A model generated the notes under the pieces. The model ran no database searches. It was not told where the DNA came from and worked only from the letters and a program-made list of their open reading frames with translations. Positions 9,939 through 19,008 of a DNA stretch of 64,000 nt are shown piece after piece. Numbering within the stretch: position 1 is the stretch's first letter; every line of letters begins with the position of its first letter. Position numbers and translations under genes: made by a program. This DNA comes from an uncultured delta proteobacterium (GTDB lineage: Bacteria; Desulfobacterota; Binatia; JACPRU01), in the NCBI GenBank assembly GCA_963745025.1, contig CAVUWD010000016.1, positions 128,001-192,000 on the forward strand. The letters run 5' to 3'.

Positions 9939-10778
9939 ATGTCATCGCATCTGTCTCGCACGGGCCGCCATGGCGGAAGAGCGTTTGGCATCATCATCAC
10001 TTTCGCCATCACCGCGCTCGCGTACGTGTTGCCGCCGGCAGCGTTCGGCGCCAACCCCGTAGAAGAAATGGCCAAGCAAAAATTCTCCATTGGCGGCGGT
10101 ATAGACCCGCAGGGCGATTCGTGGCTCGCCATGCAGAACAGCTTCGAGCAGTTCCTGCATCCGGAGTTCGTTCTGCGACTCCTTCTTAGTTTAACGTTGG
10201 CGGTGGGTTGTGCGTGGGTGTTCGCGTGGCATCCGCGCCACTCGTCGCGCCTCGATTCGCTTTCCGACCTCGAGGAGCGCAACACGCTCGTCCTCCTTGG
10301 CATGGTCGGGGCGATCGTCGCGGAATTGAGCGGGACCAGCCAAACGCTCGCGTTTGTCATCTTCGGGATCGGAGCACTGCTGCGTTTCCGCACCGTGCTC
10401 GACAATCCGAAGCTCACCGGAAAAGCCATCACGGTCGTGGTGATCGGGCTCGCGTGCGGCATGGGGTCATGGGTGATGGCGATCTTCGTCACCGCTTTCA
10501 GCTGGATCCTCATCTTTTGGCTGGATTCACACATCGCCTGCCGGGTCCGGATCCGGCTCGCCGAGGACGTGGATCCGGAGGCGGTTTTTGGCAGGGTGCA
10601 ATCGTTGCTAGGCTCGCGCGGTTGTCGGCTGCAAAGTTCCGCGCTCTACAAAGACAAACGACGGTTGGTGTTCCTTCTGCACATTCCAGCGGGACTCGAC
10701 CTAGAACAATTGAAGTTGGATGTACGCGCGAATCTGCCGGAGGCCGATGACGCCCGGATTAATATTGATTTGGAGTGA
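9939..10778 (+). CDS. DUF4956/MgtC-like membrane protein
   Basis: GGAG RBS; LAFVIFGIGALLRFRT, IGLACGMG, C-terminal soluble domain. Confidence 0.7.
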   Translation: MSSHLSRTGRHGGRAFGIIITFAITALAYVLPPAAFGANPVEEMAKQKFSIGGGIDPQGDSWLAMQNSFEQFLHPEFVLRLLLSLTLAVGCAWVFAWHPRHSSRLDSLSDLEERNTLVLLGMVGAIVAELSGTSQTLAFVIFGIGALLRFRTVLDNPKLTGKAITVVVIGLACGMGSWVMAIFVTAFSWILIFWLDSHIACRVRIRLAEDVDPEAVFGRVQSLLGSRGCRLQSSALYKDKRRLVFLLHIPAGLDLEQLKLDVRANLPEADDARINIDLE

Positions 10779-10978
10779 ACGCGCGGACACGCGAGCGGCA
10801 GTGTGCTGGCTATCGCGCGGCCATCGCCGCGCGAGCTAGGAGACGATTGCTCGAATGCTGCAGTCCCGCCCTTCAGCACGTCGCGCAGGACTGGGTCGCG
10901 CTGGGCACGTCCAAGGCCGCCGCGGTATCGCTTGAAGGGCAACGCGCAGACGGCGCAGAGTGAGGTCTGACTGTCTTC

Positions 10979-11521
10979 ATGGACATCACGGCGCGCGATC
11001 TGCAATACGTCACCTCTCTGGAGGAAATCTGGTGGGGCGGAACGCTTGTTGCGCTCACCCTGGCCATGCACGGCTTCGGCATGATCTGGACGATGCACGC
11101 GACCAACGCGCTGAAACACCGGTTCGCGCGCAACCAGTCCTTCGCCCTCGGCATGGGCGTCATCATTCTCGCGAGCTGGATGATCATCCTCGTCCATCTC
11201 CTCGAGGTGGTACTGTGGGCCGGATTTTTCCTTTGGCGGGGTGCGATGCCCAACGGCAGCCTTTCCTACTACTTCGCATTGATGGACTACACAACGCTGG
11301 GCAGCAACTTCAACCTGCCGTTGCGCTGGCGCCTGCTCGAGGGCATGATCGCCATCGCCGGGCTGATGACGTTCGCCTGGTCCACCGGCGTGTTGCTGAC
11401 GCTGGCGCAGGAGTTCCAGGATCAGCAGCTGAAACGCCTCAAAGAGCGGCTGGGAAGACATTCGTCTAAATCGGGCTCGCCGCCGCCGCACCGGCCGGGG
11501 GACACGGAACACAGCGTCTGA
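10979..11521 (+). CDS. Ion-channel-like (Ion_trans_2) membrane protein
   Basis: YYFALMDYTTLG pore-helix-like motif, WRLLEGMIAIAGLMTFAWSTG; no GYG filter. Confidence 0.72.
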   Translation: MDITARDLQYVTSLEEIWWGGTLVALTLAMHGFGMIWTMHATNALKHRFARNQSFALGMGVIILASWMIILVHLLEVVLWAGFFLWRGAMPNGSLSYYFALMDYTTLGSNFNLPLRWRLLEGMIAIAGLMTFAWSTGVLLTLAQEFQDQQLKRLKERLGRHSSKSGSPPPHRPGDTEHSV

Positions 11522-11845
11522 TATCGAGGCGTTAAGTAGCTTTCGGACCCTCGTAGGTGGTGGAGAACTAGCGGGGCGAGCTTCTCCTCGGGGTTGGGCC
11601 GATGGACCTCAACACCCGGCAAGCCGCTTGGGCAGCTCGGCGACTCTCGTGTCGCGCGAAGACGACGTCGTCGGAGCTATCGCTCTCGCGGTCGATCGTG
11701 GCACGCATCGAGTCGATCGATTCGGGCTCGACGATCGCCCGTAAGACCGCCGCGGGCTAGGGGATCCGCTTCTCGACGGTCCTCGCCACCGGTGTTCCCG
11801 TAGCGGAGGACCAATCGGCTCGGTTACCCCGGCGTTCCGCCGGGG

Positions 11846-12415
11846 TCAGATCGAAGCGGCCTTCTGTGGGATCCTGCACGACGCCCCGATCGCGTCGACT
11901 CCTAGCGCGTAGACGAGCCGACCGTAGCCGATGAAGACGCTCGTACGCCAGCCGAGCTCGACGATCTGCTCCTCGGTGTAGTGAACACGCAGCTCGGCGA
12001 AGATCTCGTCGAACGGCGCTCGCTTGTGCTCGCCTGCCATCGCATCGGCGAGCTGCATCGCCGCCTTCTCAGCCGGGGTGAAGAGCGGACTTTCGCGAAA
12101 GTTCGGAACGGCGTCCACCATCTCGTCGGTCAAACCTTGATGCCTCGCCGAGGCATACACGGCACCCCTTCAAAGGGTGCACGCGTTGTGCACCGCCACG
12201 GTGTGGCGGACGAGCTCGGTCAGCTTCACGCTGAGGCCGTTCCCGTCGGTCATGATGCGCGAGTAGTAGAACTTCACGAAGTCCTCGTAGAGCGCGGCCG
12301 GGTGACAGAAGTACTGGATCCACTCCGAGCCACCGAGCGCATCGTCGCTCGCCTGAACGATCGCCTGGATCTCGGGCTCCATCTTCTCGTAGGGGACCGG
12401 TGCGACTCTCGGCAT
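11846..12415 (-). CDS. AhpD/carboxymuconolactone-decarboxylase-family probable selenoprotein (CTLU), in-frame UGA at 12170-12172
   Basis: ORFs 12170..12475 and 11846..12160 are in one frame: ...ELVRHTVAVHNACTL-UGA-RGAVYASARHQGLTDEM...; GGAGG RBS before the ATG at 12415. Confidence 0.88.
12140..12156 (-). promoter_or_regulatory. SECIS-like hairpin 1
   Basis: mRNA AUGCCUC-GGC-GAGGCAU beginning 13 nt after the UGA. Confidence 0.75.
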
Positions 12416-12438
12416 TGCGACCTCCCTGGTGACGGAAG

Positions 12439-13005
12439 CTATTTCGCTCGATCGGCCGGCGTGGGCAGCGGGCACGTCTTACCGATCTCGAGACCGAGCG
12501 TGTAGATGAAACGTCCGTAGCCGACGAACGTCACGATTCGCCAGCCGAGGTCGACGATTTCGGCTTCCGTGAAGTGCTCGCGCAGCTCGTCGAAGAGCTC
12601 GGGGCCAGCTTGTCGATGGTCTCCCGCGAGCACCTCGGCGTAGCGTACCGCCGCCTTCTCGCGCGGGGTGAGGAGCTTGCTCGCGCGGTACCGCGGGAGC
12701 TCGGCGATCATCTCCTCGGTGAGGCCTTGTCGCGCTGCCAGCGCGAACCGGGCACCCTTTCAAAGCTGGCAGCCGTTGATCTCCGCGACTTTCAGACGCA
12801 CGAGCTCGGTGAGCTTCATGTCGACCGTGCCGCGCGTCTCCGTGATGAGCGGGAAGTAGAAGCGGATGAAGGACTTGAACACCTCGGGCGCATGGGCGAA
12901 TACGCGCACGAACTCCGACCCGCCGAGCTCGTCGTCATAGTCGCGCATGACCGCCTGAAGCTCGGAATCGACGGCGTCGAAGGGCAAGTAACTGACGTGC
13001 GGCAT
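12439..13005 (-). CDS. AhpD/CMD-family probable selenoprotein (CQLU), in-frame UGA at 12760-12762
   Basis: ORFs 12760..13044 and 12439..12711 join in frame: ...ELVRLKVAEINGCQL-UGA-KGARFALAARQGLTEEMIAEL...; paralog of the neighbouring gene. Confidence 0.88.
12730..12746 (-). promoter_or_regulatory. SECIS-like hairpin 2
   Basis: mRNA UCGCGCU-GGC-AGCGCGA beginning 13 nt after the UGA. Confidence 0.75.
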
Positions 13006-13229
13006 GCGGATCCCTCTCTTGCGGCGAGACTTATCACCCGTCACCGATGGTCACAATCTCTTGTGAGGTCCGTGCGTATGGAATCATTACACCCCCGGAC
13101 CCGACGAGATCTCGCTCGCCTACAGCGAATCAAGGGAGCAACGCTTCGAACTCAGCGATCACTTCCTATCGGCCGATGGGTTCTCACCCTGGCAGCGGAC
13201 GTGCTAGGTCTGTGGCCGGGAGTCGAACA

Positions 13230-14213
13230 ATGCCAGAGCGTCAACTACGGATTCTCGAAGAGGGACAGGGGCAGTACCTGCCGGTCGACCCGGACGGCTT
13301 CCGCGATGCCACGGGGAAGAAGAGCCGCGCGCTCGTCTCGAAGCTCGTCAGCGCGCGCGAAGCGGTCGAGCGTTACGTCGCCGACGGCGACTACGTCGTG
13401 TGGGAGTGCAATTACCTCCAGCGCGGCCCGTCGGTGCTGATCCGCGAGATCGTCCGGCAGCGAAAGCGCCGGCTCTGGGCATGCGGCAAGTTCACCTGGG
13501 TGGCGATCGCGCTTCTCGTCGAGGCAGACTGCTGCGACCGCGCCGACATGGGCTTTTTCATGGGCGGCCCCGGGCTCAACCGAGCGGTGCTCGATGGCCG
13601 GCTCACCATCTACGAGTACAGCAACGTGGTGATGACCGCGCGGCTGCGCGCCGGCGCCATGGGCGCTACGTTCGTGCCGGTGCGCTCGCTCGGCGGCACC
13701 GACAACTTCCGCTACTCGGGCGCGAAGCTCATCGAGGATCCGTACACCGGCAAGCCCACCGTCGTGGTGCCAGCGCTGAACCCCGACGTCGCGCTGATCC
13801 ACGTCCACCAGGCCGACGTCTACGGCAACGCGCGGATCTTCGGTGCCGGCATCACCGACGTCGAGTCCGCGCTGGCGTCGAAGAAGGTCGTTCTCAGCGC
13901 CGAGGAGATCATCGACACCGAGGACATCCGCCACAACCCGGGCCTCACCAAGATCCCCTACTACGTCGTCGACGCCGTGGTGCATGCGCCGTTCGGCGCG
14001 TATCCGGGCGAGACCCCGGGTCGCTACGCCTCGGACACCGAGCACGTGGGCGAGGTCTTCCTGTCGATGCACTCCGGCAAGCTTGGCGAGTATCTCGAGA
14101 AGTGGGTGCGCTCGGTCGCCGACGATCGCGAGATGCTCGAGAAGCGGGTCGGCACCGCCAAGCTCGAATCGCTGCAACGGCGCTCGACGCGCAAGGAGGG
14201 GTTTCGGCCATGA
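13230..14213 (+). CDS. CoA-transferase subunit A (GctA/CatI-like)
   Basis: RAGAMGATFVPVRSLGGTD, VPALNPDVALIHVHQADVYGNA, VDAVVHAPFGAYP. Confidence 0.88.
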   Translation: MPERQLRILEEGQGQYLPVDPDGFRDATGKKSRALVSKLVSAREAVERYVADGDYVVWECNYLQRGPSVLIREIVRQRKRRLWACGKFTWVAIALLVEADCCDRADMGFFMGGPGLNRAVLDGRLTIYEYSNVVMTARLRAGAMGATFVPVRSLGGTDNFRYSGAKLIEDPYTGKPTVVVPALNPDVALIHVHQADVYGNARIFGAGITDVESALASKKVVLSAEEIIDTEDIRHNPGLTKIPYYVVDAVVHAPFGAYPGETPGRYASDTEHVGEVFLSMHSGKLGEYLEKWVRSVADDREMLEKRVGTAKLESLQRRSTRKEGFRP

Positions 14214-15106
14214 TCTCACGCGGACCTTGGAACGACGCCCCGAAGGCGGCGGCGTTCGCCGAGCGGGAGTTTCAGGTGTGCATCGCAGCGCGGCTCGTCG
14301 AGGACGCGCGTACCTACTGGGTGGCCGCGGGCGGAGGGCCGATGTACACGGTGCTGCTCGCCCGCCAGCTGTACGCGCCGAACGCGATCTACGTGACCGA
14401 GGACGGCATCGTCGCCGCCGAGCCCGTGCTGCCGCTCGACCCGGTGATGACCGTGGTGGCCGAGCGGCCGTCCTTTCGGGCCCTGCAGTGGACGACGATG
14501 AACGGCATCGGCGACCAGTGCGCGACCGGCTACATGGATTACGGAATCCTCAACACGCTGCAGCTCGACCCCTACGGCAACATCAACTCGACATGGGTCG
14601 GCCGTTATCCGCAGCAGGGCAAGCGCATCAACGGCCCGGGCGGCGCCGACACGATCGCCGCGCAGTGCCGGCGCGTGATGCTGCTCACCGACCACCACAA
14701 GCGGAAGTTCGTCGAGAAGGTCGACTTCGTCTCGTCGCCCGGCTTCCTCGACGGCTCGCCGGGGGCCCGCGAGCGGGCCGGGCTGCCTCGCGACACGGGT
14801 CCGTGGGCGGTCGTCACGAACTGGGCGGTATTCGACTTCGACGAGAACACGCATCGGCTGCGCCTGCGCGCGATCGCCCCGTTCGTGACGCTGGACCAGG
14901 TGCTCGGCGAGATGTCGTTCACCCCGGTGCTCGCCGACGCGATCGAAACGCTCGACGCGCCGACGGAGCGCGAGCTCGACGTGTTCCGTGCCGAGATGGA
15001 CACGCGCGGCCAATTCACCGACGCCAGCGACCACTGGATCATCCGCGAGGAGGATCGCTGGACGATGGTCGCCAAGGAGAAGCCGGCGGGCACCGGGCTC
15101 CTCTAA
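14210..15106 (+). CDS. CoA-transferase subunit B (GctB/CatJ-like)
   Basis: ATGA overlap; YVTEDG, QLDPYGNINST, GPGGAD, FVEKVDFVSSPG. Confidence 0.88.
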   Translation: MISRGPWNDAPKAAAFAEREFQVCIAARLVEDARTYWVAAGGGPMYTVLLARQLYAPNAIYVTEDGIVAAEPVLPLDPVMTVVAERPSFRALQWTTMNGIGDQCATGYMDYGILNTLQLDPYGNINSTWVGRYPQQGKRINGPGGADTIAAQCRRVMLLTDHHKRKFVEKVDFVSSPGFLDGSPGARERAGLPRDTGPWAVVTNWAVFDFDENTHRLRLRAIAPFVTLDQVLGEMSFTPVLADAIETLDAPTERELDVFRAEMDTRGQFTDASDHWIIREEDRWTMVAKEKPAGTGLL

Positions 15107-15231
15107 TTGAACGACATCGAGCTCGCCATCGCCGTCGAGCGCGCGGCTACGGCGCGGCGCTGCTTTTGCAATAAGCTTGCAGCTCGGGGCTCAGCCTGAA
15201 GTCGATCGCCATGGGGTCAGGCTCCTTGGAT

Positions 15232-16011
15232 TCAGGCAGAGCCGCCGTCGACCGCGATGACGGCCCCGGTCGTGAAGCTCGAAGCTCGGCTCGCTAGGTA
15301 GACCGCGGCCCCGACGATCTCCCCCGGCTCACCGCCGCGCTGCAGGGCGATCGCCGATTTCGCCCGGCGCTCGAAGGCCTCCATGTCCCAGGCCTTGCTG
15401 ATGTCGGTGAAGAATGGGCCGGCTTGGATGGCGTTCACTCGCACCTTGGGCGCAAGGGCGTGCGCGAATCCGACGGTCATCGCCTCGAGCCCGGCCTTGG
15501 CGGCGGCGTAGGGAATGACGTCCGGCGTCGGCCGCTTCGCCGCACCGCTGCTGATGTTGATGATCGATCCGCCGTCGCCGCGAGCCATGCGGCTGCCGAC
15601 CAGCGCGGTGAGGCGAAAAGGCCCTTTGAGATTCACGTCGAGCACCTTGTTCCAGAGCTCTTCGCTGACCGCGTCCACGCTCGGATAGACCGGGGACATG
15701 CCGGCGTTGTTGACCAGGATGTCGACCTTGCCGAAGTGCGCGTAGGCGGCATCGGCGAGCGCCTCGAGATCCTTCCACCGCCCGACGTGGCATGCCCGGC
15801 CGATAACGCGTCTGCCGGTCGTCTTGGCGATCTCCGCGGCGGCATCGTCGCAACTGTCTTGTTTGCGGCTGGCGATCACGACGTCGGCGCCGAGCTCGGC
15901 GAAGGCGAGGGCCATCTCGCGGCCGAGGCCACGGCTGCCTCCGGTGATGAGCGCGACTCTGCCCGTCAGGTCGAAGAGGTCGGTTGGTTTTGCGGTCTTC
16001 GATGGCGTCAT
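15232..16011 (-). CDS. SDR family oxidoreductase
   Basis: TGGSRGLG, NNAG, YAAAK. Confidence 0.93.
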   Translation of the reverse strand: MTPSKTAKPTDLFDLTGRVALITGGSRGLGREMALAFAELGADVVIASRKQDSCDDAAAEIAKTTGRRVIGRACHVGRWKDLEALADAAYAHFGKVDILVNNAGMSPVYPSVDAVSEELWNKVLDVNLKGPFRLTALVGSRMARGDGGSIINISSGAAKRPTPDVIPYAAAKAGLEAMTVGFAHALAPKVRVNAIQAGPFFTDISKAWDMEAFERRAKSAIALQRGGEPGEIVGAAVYLASRASSFTTGAVIAVDGGSA

Positions 16012-16072
16012 GGCTCCATCCCCTCGCGGAACCGGTCGTCTCTAGGCAGTCATGAAGCGCGTCACGACGCAA

Positions 16073-16186
16073 GTGTAGGGGACGTTCTTAACCTTCGTAA
16101 CCTTCGCCGCGTTTCTCGCTTTCGTGAAATCCCGTTCGGAAGAGAGGCGCGACGAAGGTTACGAAGGTTAAGAACGTCCCCTACAC
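16073..16186. repeat. REPIN/MITE-like long inverted repeat
   Basis: 34-bp perfect arms GTGTAGGGGACGTTCTTAACCTTCGTAACCTTCG and its reverse complement, extending imperfectly to ~45 bp. Confidence 0.85.
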
Positions 16187-16227
16187 CGCTGGAATTCTTC
16201 GAGTATTTACTCTAAGCGTAGTCACTC

Positions 16228-16980
16228 ATGAGGTATTCACTGCCGGAATTCGTACTGGCTTCCGGGGTTCCGGTCGATACCGTCCGCTACTATCAGACCC
16301 TCGGTCTGCTGCATCCGCCGCAGCACGAGGGGCGCAGCGCCGTCTACGAGGCCGCTCATCTCGATCGACTGCGGCTGATCCGCTCGATGTCGAAGCGCGG
16401 CCTGTCGCTCAAGGTGATCGGTATGCTGCTCAAGCGCGGCGGCGCAGGGCTCGAATCGGACCAAGCGTTGCTCACGGCGATCGAGGAAGAGGCGGCCGAG
16501 CCCTCGTACTCGCGCGCCGAGCTCGCGGCCGAGATCGGCGTTCCCCAATCCCTGTTGCTGTCGATCGAGAAGGCCGGGTTGGCCGAAGCACAGGAGCAGG
16601 AAGATGGCTCCACGCGCTACACCGAGTCCGACCTCAAGGCAGCGCGTGGCGCGCTCAAGCTCCTCGGATACGGCTTCCCGCTCACGCGGCTCCTGACGCT
16701 GGCGGTGCGACATCACCGCGCAACCCGCCGCTCGGTCGACGAGGCGATCGAGCTCTTCGACGCGCACGTCCGCAAGCGCAACGGTGCGCACGAGAATCCG
16801 GAGGACGTCGCTCGCGGGTTCAAGGAAATTCTGCCGCTGGTGACCGCCCTCGTCGCCCACCACTTCCAACGCCTGCTGATCAACCGGGCGCTAAAGCGAC
16901 TGAGGAAGAAGGGCGACCGCGACGCCCTGCAGGTGGCCGTCGAGGTGTCGGCCCGCACGCGGCTTGGGCTTCGCTGGTGA
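16228..16980 (+). CDS. MerR-family transcriptional regulator with two HTH-like repeats
   Basis: SGVPVDTVRYYQTLGLL...HLDRLRLI..GLSL; second repeat YSRAELAAEIGV...RYTESDL. Confidence 0.88.
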   Translation: MRYSLPEFVLASGVPVDTVRYYQTLGLLHPPQHEGRSAVYEAAHLDRLRLIRSMSKRGLSLKVIGMLLKRGGAGLESDQALLTAIEEEAAEPSYSRAELAAEIGVPQSLLLSIEKAGLAEAQEQEDGSTRYTESDLKAARGALKLLGYGFPLTRLLTLAVRHHRATRRSVDEAIELFDAHVRKRNGAHENPEDVARGFKEILPLVTALVAHHFQRLLINRALKRLRKKGDRDALQVAVEVSARTRLGLRW

Positions 16981-17696
16981 GCGCCGTGCTTCCACGAGCG
17001 GACGAGAAGCAAGCCCGAGTCGAGGCGATGTTCGATCGCATCGCGCATCGCTACGACCTCATGAACCGTCTGATGACGCTCGGCATCGACCGGGCCTGGC
17101 GGCGGACCACGATTGCCGCACTGCAGATCTCTCCGCGCGATCGTCTGATCGATCTCGCGTGCGGCACCGGCGATCTGGCGCTCGAGGGTGCGCGCGCGGG
17201 GGCGCGAGTGATCGGCTTCGACCTGTCGGCAGGCATGCTGCGCGAGGCGCGCGAACGCCGCATCGCCTGTGTGCTGGTACGGGGCGACGCGCTTTGTTTG
17301 CCGCTCGCCGATGCCTGCTGCGACGCCGTAGTCTCGGGCTTCGCGCTGCGGAACTTCGCGGATGTGGCCGTCGCGTTCGCGGAGGCCGCACGCGTCCTGA
17401 AGCCGGACGGGCGGTTGGCGCTCCTCGAGGTCGACACGCCGGGGAGCCGGCTCCTTCGCTGCGGTCATCGGCTCTACTTCCACCACGTCGTTCCGCTCCT
17501 CGGCCGGCTTCTCTCCGACGGCGACGCCTACTCCTACCTGCCGGCCTCGGTGGCGTACTTGCCGGCAGAGCGGGCCCTCCGCGAGATGCTCCAAGCCGCG
17601 GGCTTTCGGTCGATCGAGAAACGTCGGCTGTCGGGCGGCGTGGCCCAGCTCGTGACGGCTCGACGCAGCCGAGAGCGAGAGGACGACGGTGCGTGA
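16977..17696 (+). CDS. menG: Demethylmenaquinone methyltransferase
   Basis: MFDRIAHRYDLMNRLMTLGID, DLACGTGD, FALRN, AYSYLPAS. Confidence 0.9.
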   Translation: MSAVLPRADEKQARVEAMFDRIAHRYDLMNRLMTLGIDRAWRRTTIAALQISPRDRLIDLACGTGDLALEGARAGARVIGFDLSAGMLREARERRIACVLVRGDALCLPLADACCDAVVSGFALRNFADVAVAFAEAARVLKPDGRLALLEVDTPGSRLLRCGHRLYFHHVVPLLGRLLSDGDAYSYLPASVAYLPAERALREMLQAAGFRSIEKRRLSGGVAQLVTARRSREREDDGA

Positions 17697-19008
17697 TCGG
17701 CTCCACAGCGCGCAGGAGCGCTCGAAGCTCCGGCCCGCGGAACTCCTGGCACTCGCCGGTGCGACTCCCGAAACGCCGATCTTCCATTTGGAAAAGCCGG
17801 TCGAAGGGCTCGCGCTGCTCGCGCTCGGCGCCGCTTGGGAAATCCGCACGTCGGGCGTGGAGCGATTCGGCGAGGCGTCGCGGGCGGCGATCGAAGCGCT
17901 CGCGCGGCTGCCGCGATCGACCGATCCGCGTTTCGGCCCGCTCGTGCTCGGCGGCTTCGGGTTCTCGGACGCGGATTGTCTCGAGCCGGGATGGCGTGAG
18001 TTCCCGTCCGCCCGGCTGTGGATCCCGGAGCTTCTCTGGGTTCGGCGCGGTGGCGAATGTCGACTGACGCGGATCTGGCGAGACGGAGCGCAGCGTGACA
18101 TCGAGCGGCGCTTGTACAGGGCGACCCAAGCGGCGTCTGGCGCGGCTGCGCACGGTGTGCGATCGGCGACGCGCGTTCGCCCCGATCCGGACGAGCGGCG
18201 TCGCTGGGGCGAGCGGGTCGAAGCCGCCTGCGCGCGGATCGCCGCGGGCGGGCTGGACAAGGTGGTGCTCGCCCGCCGCCGCGTGATGCATCTCGACCCG
18301 GCCGCGGAGCCCGTGGCGATCCTCCGCGCGGCGCGCCGCCGCCGCCCATCGTGCTTCAACTTCTGGATCGGCGGACGGGAGACGAGCTTCGTCGGATCGA
18401 GCCCCGAGCGGCTCGTCGCACTCGACGGCGACCGCTTCGTCGCGGGCGCGCTCGCCGGCTCGGCGCCGCGGGGGCGCCGTGTTGGCGAGGACGAGCGGCT
18501 GGGCGAAGCGCTGCTCGCCTGCCCGAAGAATCGCCGCGAGCACGAGCTGGTGGTCACCGCGGTGCGCGAATCCCTCGCCCCGGTCAGCGCCTCGTTGCGA
18601 GTCGGCGAGCACCCGACGTTGCGACGCCTCCCCGAAGCGCAGCACCTCACGACGCCGATCACCGGCCGGCTCGCGGAGCGCCTCACGGTCCTCGACCTCG
18701 CGGGGCTTCTTCATCCCACGCCCGCCGTGTGCGGCGTACCGCGCGACACCGCCCGTCGCCTGATCGAGCAGCAAGAACCGGGACGGGGATGGTTCACCGG
18801 CGCGGTCGGTTGGATGGCGGAAAATGGCGCGGGTGAGATCGCCGTCGCGCTCCGCTCGGTTCTCATCGATGGCGCTGCGGCCACCGTTTGGGCGGGTGCC
18901 GGAATCGTCAGTGGATCGAGCGCCGAAGCCGAGTTCTCCGAGACCGAGGCCAAGATGAGCGCTCTCTTCGAGACGCTCGCTGCCACCGCCGATGAGTACG
19001 CTGCGTAA
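17689..19008 (+). CDS. menF: Isochorismate synthase
   Basis: KVVLAR, GSSPERL, KNRREH, LHPTPAVCG, ALRS, AGAGIV. Confidence 0.9.
   Translation: MRDRLHSAQERSKLRPAELLALAGATPETPIFHLEKPVEGLALLALGAAWEIRTSGVERFGEASRAAIEALARLPRSTDPRFGPLVLGGFGFSDADCLEPGWREFPSARLWIPELLWVRRGGECRLTRIWRDGAQRDIERRLYRATQAASGAAAHGVRSATRVRPDPDERRRWGERVEAACARIAAGGLDKVVLARRRVMHLDPAAEPVAILRAARRRRPSCFNFWIGGRETSFVGSSPERLVALDGDRFVAGALAGSAPRGRRVGEDERLGEALLACPKNRREHELVVTAVRESLAPVSASLRVGEHPTLRRLPEAQHLTTPITGRLAERLTVLDLAGLLHPTPAVCGVPRDTARRLIEQQEPGRGWFTGAVGWMAENGAGEIAVALRSVLIDGAAATVWAGAGIVSGSSAEAEFSETEAKMSALFETLAATADEYAA

Noticed and set aside
10775-10963. 62-aa ORF between the DUF4956-like and channel genes
   Set aside because: It overlaps the upstream stop, but has no recognisable motif; not enough support to call
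11826-11848. Terminal TGA of the CMD gene followed by a GC hairpin, as a second Sec site
   Set aside because: The hairpin abuts the stop and lacks the 13-nt spacing and GGC loop; more likely a 3' stabilising or terminator stem
11846-13005. Reading the CMD genes as nonsense pseudogenes or four small genes
   Set aside because: Same-position TGA at the CxxC site in both paralogs, plus matching downstream hairpins, argues for recoding
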